Positions 1 to 9,695 of a stretch of DNA of 40,578 bases are shown in pieces. The notes beneath the pieces are model-generated. The model did no database searches. It was not told the DNA's origin and was given only the letters and a program-made list of their open reading frames with translations. Within the stretch, counting starts at the first letter, position 1; every line of letters begins with the position of its first letter. This stretch comes from Macrostomum lignano. Its lineage: Eukaryota. Where the stretch lies: NCBI GenBank assembly GCA_002269645.1, contig NIVC01004611.1, positions 1-40,578 of the forward strand, read 5' to 3'. A program made the position numbers and the translations under genes.

Positions 1-119
1 TAAGTTACAAGTGTTGAAAATAACAAAACAAGAAAAGAAATATTTATAAATTGATAATAGCTACTTGGTAATGCTGTCAAGTCAACATATTTAAAATTTA
101 TTACTCTTATACACATTTG

Positions 120-843
120 TAGTGATGGATCGAAATTCGATTTCGATTTCGATATTCCGAATTTCAAAACTAATTTTGCATCGAAATAATTTCGATTTCG
201 AATTTCGATACCATTCATCGAAAATCATTTTGAAATTTTGGTTATATTTTAACAATTTAGACATTGATGATCATGCTACACAAGAAAGAAAATCTATAGG
301 AAGTGAAAGGAAGTGCAGTTCAAAGACTCAGTGGGGAGGTGAGAATCGCCTTTTCTACAAGAAAGATTGTGCGGGGCACATACTGTTCCAGGCCTTGTGC
401 TGTACCCACCTCAACCTCCACAATCCCACTGGCTGAACGCATCGGCGTGGATTTTAATTGGCTAAAGACTTAAAGCCTTAATGAAATGGATATAGGCTAC
501 TCATATCTAGATCTTCAGCTTTAACAGCGGTGAAGTATAATACAACTTCTACTATATTTGTATGTACGAGTGTGTAATACATAATACACCAGCATTTTTT
601 ATTTTGTATTTTTAAAGTAAGTTAAATCTTAAGTATTCTGGTTTCAACATATCAAATATACTTTTTATAAAACATGTAAGCTCATACAGGCATAGGCAAG
701 GTGTTAACCTTTTTGCATGATTAGCGAAAAAGTAAACATTCAGTTAAGCTAAAAAAATTTGATTTCAATTTCAATTTCGATTCTAAGGAACCGAAAATTT
801 CGATTTTGATTTTGATTTGAAAAATAATTTCGATCCATTACTA
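120..843. mobile_element. Non-autonomous hAT-type DNA transposon (MITE), 724 bp
   Basis: The left end TAGTGATGGATCGAAATT (120-137) and the right end, which reads TAGTAATGGATCGAAATT on the reverse strand (826-843), match at 17/18. The flanks are an exact 8-bp direct repeat CACATTTG (112-119, 844-851). Subterminal TTCGAT(T) motifs are repeated at both ends. An 8-bp TSD is typical of hAT. Confidence 0.85.
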
Positions 844-917
844 CACATTTGTGTTCACATATTTTGGTCAACCAAGTAGAAAAGTTATACTTCTAATAAA
901 AATGTAATAAAGCGGAA

Positions 918-1022
918 ATTCACGATTGTTGTGAACGCGGTTTCAAGGAAATCACAATCGTGAAAAAATGGTTGTGAATTCACGAAATCGTGATCACGAT
1001 CATGATCACGTCTGACCCCTAG
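918..1022. mobile_element. Possible right terminus of a second hAT-like element
   Basis: Clustered TCACGA/TCGTGA motifs end in CACGTCTGACCCCTAG, which reads TAGGGGTCAGACGTG on the reverse strand and resembles a hAT terminus. No partner end was found in the window. Confidence 0.3.
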
Positions 1023-3408
1023 CTTAAATATAGCTTACTTTATCTTATAATAAAAGTTTTTTTATATGCTGGCCAGTTTTTTGACTTCTTATGAAGACAA
1101 ATAAATATTAAAAATTAATTATGTATACCACATGATCTAACTTCCAGTGTGGTTCTACTGTCGACCTGTGCTTTTCATTTATCAGACAAATATTGCATGT
1201 AGGATTGTAGACTACAACTAGGCCCTACTGTTACAATTTTTTTACAAACCTGTTACAATGTAGACTACTATTATTGTTATCAATTAACGATGCTATAACC
1301 GAACTCAAAGCCAATATATGTATGCTTTATTCTTTATTATATATTACTTACTTATTAAACAAAACACTTATTATTCGAACTGAATATAAGATGATAAACC
1401 GAAAAATAGAAATGAAAAAGTACATACCTCAGTGAGATCGTTAAGAGGAGAAATGTGCGCAAGCATTGGCGCTAAAGAACTGTCATTTACAGCTTCAATA
1501 AACACAGATGAATGCCTACTGCTTTCATCACTTGAGGAAGAACTATCGTCATTCATGGCAATTACATGATTTTTATGCGACAATGTCAGGGTCACATTAT
1601 AAGACCGACTTAGAAGATTTTACTTTAAATGTTTGTATGTTATTAAAGTAAAATTTAATTTAATAACAAATAAATAAATGTCTTCTTTTTAAGTGTATAG
1701 TACATTTTTAAGTAGAAGTTCTTAACCAGAATCTGCTTTACATAGATCAAATTTTGTTTCTACCAATCAACGAATAAAAAACACCGTACTTAATTTTTAC
1801 CATTACTTTACAGTATTCTTAACTTTATTTGTATCAGCTCTATCGATTTTTTACTCTGAACGTTTATAACACGTCTTTAAAGCTATTCGACAACATTTCA
1901 TTCCCGTTATAAGATATTCAGATACAAGGTTCTAATATAATGATCTACTGGTGTGGAAAATTAGCTTCGACTGGAAACTGTATGTAGTTTAGGTAATATA
2001 TATCGCACCATTCTCCTCAAAAGCTCAAATAAATAGGCCCTGCTGAGGCTTACAAAAGAGGCCACACTGCAATCATTCCTTTAGAATAGATGAAGGTTGC
2101 AGCATTTTACCGACGATCACCAACCATATGCAGGCTTTGGTGGGTTTTGGTGGGGTGCTGGTGCTCTGTGTGCGTGCAGGGCTTAGGGCAGCCTCCCCCT
2201 CCGCTCTACGCTATTTAGTCACGCGTCGCGGCCACTGAGTCGGCGTAATTTTGGCAAAATATTTATGCAGTACATGTAATTTTACCGAGTCGCGTATGTA
2301 TTTTTTTCTAACAACTGAAGACAACTGAAGTGCATTGTAGGACGGTTCCCAAGGTTTTCTTTGAATTTAGCTGTAAGCCGGTAAGGAGTGTTTATTTTGT
2401 CGTATTGCTTTGCATCTTCAGTAGTGTATGCTCTCAAGAAATCGGATTTATATGCGACCGAATTATGTATGGCGAACTGGAACTGCATCTCTAAAGATGC
2501 TAGCGATACAACAAATAGATGTGGCATAAAAATTGACTAGATGTCAACACAGACGGCAAATTTTCAAGCAAGAACTACATAAGTCTGTGGTATATCGTGC
2601 TTGCGAAATATGTAGTGGCTCTTCTTTCTGATTTATTCTTAATGATTCATACATAAAATGAGTAGAAATATATTTATTGTCACTTGTATATCGCAATAAA
2701 AGTTGTGCAGCTTCCTCTCTACACGAGAGAGACTCAAAGCGAATGAGTACTTGAATTTTCAGAAGCTCCTGCTAGACGAGTACAAGCTCGATCAGAGCTT
2801 GCATCGCGCATGATTAAAGCCGCATCCGCTGCTTAAGACCACAAAAGTGTGGTCAACATGCCAGGAGAAGCCAGCCAGCAAAGACTAATTTGATAAAGCT
2901 GCCTTGTGCAGCTTTGAGTCAGGCTTTTAGACAGTGCTAATAGGTATATGGAGATCTGAGGGAGTTGAGTGACAGAGGAGGACCTTAATGCACTGCACCC
3001 CACAGCGAGGCCCTCGCAGACAGCAAAGCGGAAAGGCATTCTTTATAAGCTAAAATTGTCACGTTTCGAGTTTGCCGAACGGATGGAATGTCGGAAACTT
3101 TTTCGTTGTTCTCACCGCGACCGAGACGCACCCCGCGAGTAATATGAGGTCCTGACGACTACATGATTCCGGCTTCCACGCTTCATCCAAGTCACGACTT
3201 TCAGCAAAGGGAGGCAGGGGAGTGGCTATAGGTTGGGTGGACCAGCTTCCTGCAGTTGTCATGCGACTGCGAGCGAATTGCCACTGTTGAATAGCGGCGG
3301 CTCCTTGTGGATTTTTTTCAAGCTTGAAGTTTCAATTTGTAACTTTTGAGACGTTTTTTTTCTAAACCGGATGGGGTTTTTGCCATCTCACTATATAGAA
3401 AAAGTTCG

Positions 3409-4085
3409 AGATCCTCAATTTACATGTATTGTCAAAGTCCTTAATCTATTTTTAAGATCCGATCCTCAGTATATTCGCATGATCCTCAGTGCATTCACAA
3501 GATCCTCAGTGCATTCACAAGATCTTCAATCAATTCACAAGATCCTCATTCAGTTCCCAAGATCCTTAATTAGTTTACAAGATCCTCAATAATTTCACAA
3601 GATCATCAATTAATTCACAATATCTTCAATCAATTCACAAGATCCCCAATCAATTCACAAGATCGTCAATCAGTTCCTAAGATCCTTGCACAATAGATCC
3701 TTCTCAATCAATTCACAAGATCTTCAATCAATTCACAAGATCCTCAATCATTTCACAAGATCATCAATTAATTCACAATATCTTCAATCAATTCACAAGA
3801 TCCCCAATCAATTCACAAGATCGTCAATCAGTTCCTAAGATCCTTGCACAATAGATCCTTCTCAATCAATTCACAAGATCTTCAATCAATTCACAGGATC
3901 CTCAATCATTTCACAAGATCATCAATTAATTCACAATATCTTCAATCAATTCACAAGATCTTCAATCAATTCACAATATCCTTAATCAATTCACAAGATC
4001 CTCAATCAATTTACATCTTCAATCAATTCACAAGGTCCACCATCAATTTACAGAATCCTCAATCAATTCACGAGATCCTCAATCA
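3409..4085 (+). repeat. 20-bp minisatellite (GATCTTCAATCAATTCACAA) with a 158-bp higher-order repeat
   Basis: The 20-bp period is directly visible. The variant block GATCATCAATTAATTCACAATATC recurs at 3601, 3759 and 3917. Confidence 0.9.
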
Positions 4086-4367
4086 GCTGTGCGGCCTGTG
4101 CTATAAAACTGGAAAAGGCAGTCGTGCAGGAGAGGAGCATCGAAGTCCTTGCGCACAATAGAGATAGAGCTGCCGCCGTGAGGGGAATAAGGCTCCCATT
4201 TCCTCCCTCTCCCTCTTTCCGTTTCTCCCCTTTCGCTTCCACAAATGCCGACCGAAGCGGGCCCTTGGTGCGCCGGAAATTAAATTCTGCAACCCCCACC
4301 CCCCTCCTCCCCAAGATGGGCAATTTACCACCGAAGAACCGCCAACTGAATCTCCTACTTTCCTCTG

Positions 4368-4370
<3 letters not shown>

Positions 4371-4449
<79 letters not shown>
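4371..4449 (+). repeat. (CT)36 microsatellite, left flank of the PLE insertion
   Basis: Pure CT run at 4371-4442, then ATCTCTC, directly abutting the 5' pLTR at 4450. Confidence 0.95.
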
Positions 4450-5242
4450 GCTATCGAACATGTTCTTAATAACAACAAAATCGAACTAAGGGAAGAAATC
4501 TGGATTAAAAAACTAGGGACTTACAAACCGCCAGGCACGAACATCAGGGTCGACAATCATCTTCTCCGACCCATCCCAATGGTCCTTCCTTTTCACCATC
4601 TACGGTCTGGCTTGCCAACGAGATTGCTAAAAACTTTGATAAGCTACAAAATAAACCAGGCTCCCGCATACTGCCCGCTTTTACACGGCAACGTAACTTA
4701 CAGAGCCTCCTGGCTCCCAATAAGTTCAAGTCTCAGCCAGGAAACATTTAATCATTTTAACCAATGCGCTATTTTTACCCTATTAAAGTACTCGTACAAT
4801 ATTTATTCACGTGTCATTTATTTTATTTTATTCAAACTGCTTAATTGTACGCTCAGTATTGATTTTTATGCTCCTACCCCCAATACCGGCATTTCATCTA
4901 ATCGTATAGTATCGCATATCGCATAGTACTTCGAAATAACAATTTTTTTATTACAAATATACTGTCGTTTAAAATGAATGGTGGAAAGCCTCTGGGACAA
5001 GTTAGAGCTAGGCAAAACAGGGTTTTAAATGTACATCCCTCATATGTACAACTACTCATCAATTCTATCAGACTAAGAAAAATAATACTTAAAAGACCAA
5101 CTTGCATTGCATGACACACAGATTTTTTGGCCTGACGAAGAGCCCAGAGGCTCGAAACCGGTAGCCCATATTAAATTAATTAAGTCTTTTGATTTTTTTA
5201 AACACGCCGTGACCTCTCTTCTCTCTCTCTCTACCTCTCTCC
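4450..5242 (+). repeat. 5' pseudo-LTR of PLE copy 1
   Basis: Starts mid-EN ORF (GCTATCGAACA, equal to 9393) and matches 9393-10185 apart from a few substitutions and 1-bp indels. Ends in GTGACCTCTCTTCTCTCTCTCTCTACCTCTCTCC. Confidence 0.9.
5129..5166 (+). ncRNA. Minimal type I hammerhead ribozyme (copy 1, 5' pLTR)
   Basis: GGC-CUGACGA-A-GAGCC(CAGA)GGCUC-GAAAC-CG-GUA/GCC. It has the CUGANGA core, a 5-bp stem II, GAAA, a rudimentary stem III containing the palindrome ACCGGU, a GUA cleavage triplet (cut after 5163) and a 3-bp stem I. Such motifs are established features of PLE pLTRs. Confidence 0.85.
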
Positions 5243-5282
5243 TGCCTATGCCTAGCTTGCTCTAGTGCCCGTGCATCATACT

Positions 5283-7469
5283 ATGGAGAATCCCTCCAGG
5301 AGATGGAGAGGTCGCACGTTCTACAACAGTAACTACCAAAAACAGAACAGGAGACAACCTAGAAAGAACGAACACCTGGATGACGCCTCCAAACAAGCCA
5401 GACTGCTTTTGGACAAACTCCTGAGATGCTACCACCATCGGGCAGTCATCGAATCTATTATTGTCGAGCCACAACGGGCCTATGGCTCTCTTCAACAAGC
5501 CGCACGATCACTGGACCAGGCCTTTCGCCCTGCATTCGCGTCCGACAAACTCCTACAAGACCTACAGGCAGCGAATGTTGCCCACATCGAGAGCTCACTA
5601 CTGAAGATCCTGACACACTACGATGCGGCAACCGAAGAGTCTGAAAATCTACTGCGACAACTCTGTAACGACAAAGGACCACCAGATCTAGCCTCAGTGG
5701 CGCGACAAGTCATCCACCATGTGGGCCTCCGCTGCAAACTTGATGCCTCGACCGTCTCAAAATTTCTGGATCGGTTGAATTCTCTGTCTAATGACCCCTC
5801 TGTTATTGACTTACTCGCTACGCCTGCCGCTGCTGCACCGACCATGACCTCGGTGGAGGAATCTCAACCACGCCAGGAGGGCACGGACTTCTGGAACCTA
5901 GATGACGAGTCAACTGTCAGCCTGAACAATTTCTTTCTGCAAAAGAACCAAGCGGATCGACTGGAGTCATTCCTGGCCAAGGAAGTCGCTCCCCTAGCCT
6001 GTCGGCATTCTTCAGCGTCAGAACGACCGGAACCACGACTGATTGCTTGGTTCGGCCCTGACTACAGCTACTCGGGTCGACAACTACGATCAAACGGGCC
6101 GATCCCCTCAGGGCTCCAACCTCTACTCGAGTCCGTTGAAACTGCGACAGGAAAGCGCTTCAACTCGGTCCTCGTCAACGTGTACCAGAACGGCTCCCAA
6201 TTCGTCGGCTGGCATGCCGATGACGAAGCCGTGCTTGGCGAACGACCCTTCATCGCTTCAGTGTCAATCGGGTGCACCAGAACCTTCGAGCTAAAAGCTA
6301 AGTCAGCGACTTCGCCTTGTCTATCTCTCGATCTATTTCATGGCAGTCTTCTGACCATGTCAGGCGACTGTCAGGCCAACTTTTTTCATCGAATTCCCCC
6401 GCAACACCACAAACGTGGCCGCCGATTCAACTTGACCTTCCGCTGGACTCACGAAGATCCCAACACCGGTGCCACCGGGGCTTCCCTGGCCCCATCTGCA
6501 CCCAGTGCCACCAAGACAGCCACTCCCAACACCGCAGTCCCTCTGACTGCAAGCATGGCACCAGTCGATCTCGACGAGAGCGCCCAATCTGCCGAACATC
6601 GTAGGATCCCAGAGGACGTCTGCTCCAACAACGACACCACGACAGCCAGCACGATCGCAGCATCTAGCAATGAGCCCACGGCAAGCACGAACACGGAGAC
6701 CAACGCCGACTCGGTAGTGGACGGCGGCGCGACGACCATCGGGGACGTGGCAGCGAGCGCCGATGCGACGATCAGCAACGACCCCTCAGCGGCTGCGGGT
6801 GCGGCTTCGGACGGCAGTCCGGCGGCAGGCGGGACCACCGAAGTCGCCTCACCTGAGAACGGCTGTACGTCGGCAGCTGACGACCTCTTTGTGACCCCGC
6901 CTCTTCCACGGGTGGGACTGCCTGCTTCACCTGCCAAACGCCGCTTACCATCGCCGGACTCTGAAGACTCCCCTGGTGGTCCGGAACGCCACAGGCCGCA
7001 TCTGAATGACTCACCCAGCACCTTTGAGCAACCTGTTTCGCTCATCATCAGCAGGGACTGCCGGAACCTGGTACTCTGCCCAAAGCCTTTCGAGGGCCTC
7101 AAACTGCCGGCAATCACAGAGGTACATGAGTACTCACTGTCAGCCTTACCATCTCTACTGAGGTCGGCTGCCCTGCGGAACCGGCAATGCGCTCAGTCAA
7201 CGGTGCTGGTCCTGCCGGACGAGCTGCTCAGCACAGACCACTGGCGAGAGTTGCTCTCTGAGGCTATCGATCTACTCAGAGCGGACAGTCTGACACGTAA
7301 GATCCTTCTGGTTCCGTCCTTTGCCAGCGGTGAAGAATTGACTCAATCTCTGAGTAAGAAACTCTCACCTGTTACTCTTATTGCCTCTCCTCCTCTTAAA
7401 CCAATTGTATCCTTCTCAGCGCCGGACTTTATACTGGCGCTGGCTTCCTGGCTGAGAACTTTAAACTAG
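5283..7469 (+). CDS. PLE ORF1 (728 aa from ATG 5283): basic/helical N-terminus, AlkB-family 2OG-Fe(II) dioxygenase, A/T/S-rich linker, possible degenerate SGNH-like C-terminal domain
   Basis: Uninterrupted ORF. ALKBH2/3-like motifs: PRLIAWFG..YSYSG, FNSVLVNVYQNG, VGWHADDE (HxD, 6213-6221), IASVSIG, HGSLLTM, FFHRIP (distal His, 6387), RFNLTFR (R-x5-R, 6423/6441). Confidence 0.88.
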   Translation: MENPSRRWRGRTFYNSNYQKQNRRQPRKNEHLDDASKQARLLLDKLLRCYHHRAVIESIIVEPQRAYGSLQQAARSLDQAFRPAFASDKLLQDLQAANVAHIESSLLKILTHYDAATEESENLLRQLCNDKGPPDLASVARQVIHHVGLRCKLDASTVSKFLDRLNSLSNDPSVIDLLATPAAAAPTMTSVEESQPRQEGTDFWNLDDESTVSLNNFFLQKNQADRLESFLAKEVAPLACRHSSASERPEPRLIAWFGPDYSYSGRQLRSNGPIPSGLQPLLESVETATGKRFNSVLVNVYQNGSQFVGWHADDEAVLGERPFIASVSIGCTRTFELKAKSATSPCLSLDLFHGSLLTMSGDCQANFFHRIPPQHHKRGRRFNLTFRWTHEDPNTGATGASLAPSAPSATKTATPNTAVPLTASMAPVDLDESAQSAEHRRIPEDVCSNNDTTTASTIAASSNEPTASTNTETNADSVVDGGATTIGDVAASADATISNDPSAAAGAASDGSPAAGGTTEVASPENGCTSAADDLFVTPPLPRVGLPASPAKRRLPSPDSEDSPGGPERHRPHLNDSPSTFEQPVSLIISRDCRNLVLCPKPFEGLKLPAITEVHEYSLSALPSLLRSAALRNRQCAQSTVLVLPDELLSTDHWRELLSEAIDLLRADSLTRKILLVPSFASGEELTQSLSKKLSPVTLIASPPLKPIVSFSAPDFILALASWLRTLN
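7460..7466 (+). promoter_or_regulatory. Candidate -1 ribosomal frameshift slippery site U_UUA_AAC
   Basis: ORF1 ends ACT TTA AAC TAG, so the heptamer is in the correct X_XXY_YYZ phase. The -1 frame is open from 7400 and runs into the RT. The site is identical in copy 2 (11457-11463). Confidence 0.72.
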
Positions 7470-9695
7470 CTGACTACTGTAGGCCTCCCAAACTGGAAGG
7501 CAACATTTTGAATCTACACCCTACCTTCAAACTCTCCGAGTCTGAGACGAGGCTGCTAGATAGGGGACTCAATTTTATCCCAACCCAAGCCCTTGATTTC
7601 GATGAGTTGAGGAACTGCATGACGGAATTTCATCGTAAACTTTTCTGGAAAGACTTTTTCAAAAAGAGGGGTCTCGCCAATACCAGCCCGCCCCCCTTCA
7701 CCGGGAAATCAGGGAAGGAGGTTCCCCTCAGACTTAGAAGGGATGAGTGCAACTTGTTGGTACTTGAGAACCAAAATCTGGTAGAGAATTTGACAACGGT
7801 ACAGATCAAAGGCAACCTAGAGGCACCAGAGACCAGGGCCATTCAGAGGCTCAAGCGAAACAGCTCCGTCCTTATAAAAAAGGCGGACAAAGGCAACGCA
7901 GTGGTCATCATGCACCCTAAGGACTACGAATTTGCAGCCTACAACCAACTGTTTGACACTGATGCCTATCAACAGCTGGACCAGCCATTGCAACCCGGGA
8001 CTGCGGAGCTTATTAGGGGGATCTTCCTCAATTTATGTAACAGAAAGTTCATATCTAAGAAACAGTGTGCATTTCTTTGTCCCGGAGAGAACTTCCGTCC
8101 CCGGCATTTCTACCTACTCCCAAAAATTCACAAGGACCCGGCCACCTGGCTGATCCCCTTTCGGGTCCCAGCAGGCAGACCTATCGTTAGCGGATGCAGT
8201 TCTGAAGCAATTGGGGCAGAAAAGTACATAGACTTCTTTCTAAAACCGATTGCCCAAGCGCAACCCACTTTCATTAAGGACTCCTATGACTTCAAGGCAC
8301 ACCTTATGGATAAAAGCTGCACGGAAGGTTCGACTCTGGCAACCTGTGATGTCCAGAGTCTGTACTCCATGATCCCAATAGATCAGGGCATTGCAGCGAT
8401 CCAGGAATTCTTTAACCGATACCCGGATCCATTAGACCGGATGCTGAAATAATAAAGCTACTGGAATTGTGTTTGTACAGGAATGACTTTGAATTTGACA
8501 AAATGATTTTCCTACAACTTAGAGGCACAGCCATGGGGCGCATATTTGCGCCCAGCTATGCCTGTCTCTTCATGAGCCTCTGGGAGGAAACTGCCCTGAG
8601 AACTGCTCTTTATAAGCCGAACATCTATTTTAGGTACATAGATGATATCTTCATTCACTGGGACCACCCGGCTGAAACTCTGACAGAATTTGTTGTACAC
8701 CTAAATTCAATCAACCCCAACATCAAACTCACCGTCAGCTCCTCATCAACTGAGGTCAGTTTCCTTGACATGACCATCAGGAAAGCTGAAAACCGCTTCA
8801 CAACACAACTGTTTTCAAAAGAAACAGACACTCATAGATTGTTGCACCGACAGTCCTTCCATCCGTCACACACCTTCAAGGGGTAGTAAAATCCCAAATC
8901 CTTCGGTACGCTCGTATATGTGATGACTACAAGTCTTTCAACCGTGCTTTCAATTCTTTAAAATCGGAACTCAAGCAATTAGGCTACTCGAAGATTTTTC
9001 TTAGAAACTGCAAAAAGGAGGTCCTCATACTTATGAACTGGACTGCAGGACCAACGACCAATCTGGGTCTGCTTCCCAAAGGGTTCCATCCCTGTGGGTC
9101 ATCCCGCTGCAAATGCTGCACCCACTCACCGCCTGCTCTCTCCGCCCAGGGACTGAAACCGGCTTCTGGTTTTTTAATCTCTCAGAGCCTGTCCTGTGGC
9201 TCCAAGAGCATCATCTATGGCATCTCCTGCAACCAGTGCCACCCTGGGAAAATCTTCTATGTAGGGATGACTAGAAGAACAATGAGAGATAGAATGAACC
9301 AGCACAGGTCAAATATTAACAGGAGAGTCGTAACTTCGGGGTCAGAGCACTTTCTCACCCCCAATCACTCAATTGCAAACTTTGTCTCCATTGCTATCGA
9401 ACAAGTTCTTAATAACAACAAAATCGAACTAAGGGAAGAAATCTGGATTAAAAAACTAGGGACTTACAAACCGCCAGGTACGAACATCAGGGTCGACAAT
9501 CATCTTCTCCGACCCATCCCAATGGTCCTTCCTTTTCACCCATCTACGGTCTGGCTTGCCAACGAGATTGCTAAAAACTTTGATAAGCTACAAAATAAAC
9601 CAGGCTCCCGCATACTGCCCGCTTTTACACGGCAACGTAACTTACAGAGCCTCCTGGCTCCCAATAAGTTCAAGTCTCAGCCAGGAAACATTTAA
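7460..9695 (+). CDS. PLE ORF2: reverse transcriptase + Cys knuckle + GIY-YIG endonuclease (two 1-bp deletions in this copy, ~8428 and ~8881)
   Basis: Motifs: NLH..KLS..E..LL.RGLNFIP, KADKGNAVVIM, FYLLPKIHK, GRPIVSG, CDVQSLYSMIP, GTAMGRIFAPSYA, YFRYIDDIF (8635-8646), SFLDMTI, HPSHTFKG(VV)KSQILRYARIC, CGSSRCKCC, IIYGISCNQC..FYVGMT..RMNQH..EHF..NH..REEIWI..GTN. Both frameshifts are repaired by bases present in copy 2. Confidence 0.9.

Noticed and set aside
4898-5119. 73-aa antisense ORF (and the 98-115 aa alternative-frame ORF) present in all three pLTR copies
   Set aside because: It recurs only because the pLTRs are near-identical. There is no recognisable domain, and indels and substitutions are tolerated.
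7021-7060. Minus-strand CTGATGA-TGAGC-GAAAC-AG-GTT, resembling a hammerhead core
   Set aside because: Only 5 nt are available for stem II and they do not pair, stem I cannot form, and it lies within ORF1 coding sequence.
7508-7510. TTG start for ORF2 proposed by the ORF track
   Set aside because: It is TTA in copy 2, and the frame is open further upstream to the slippery site.
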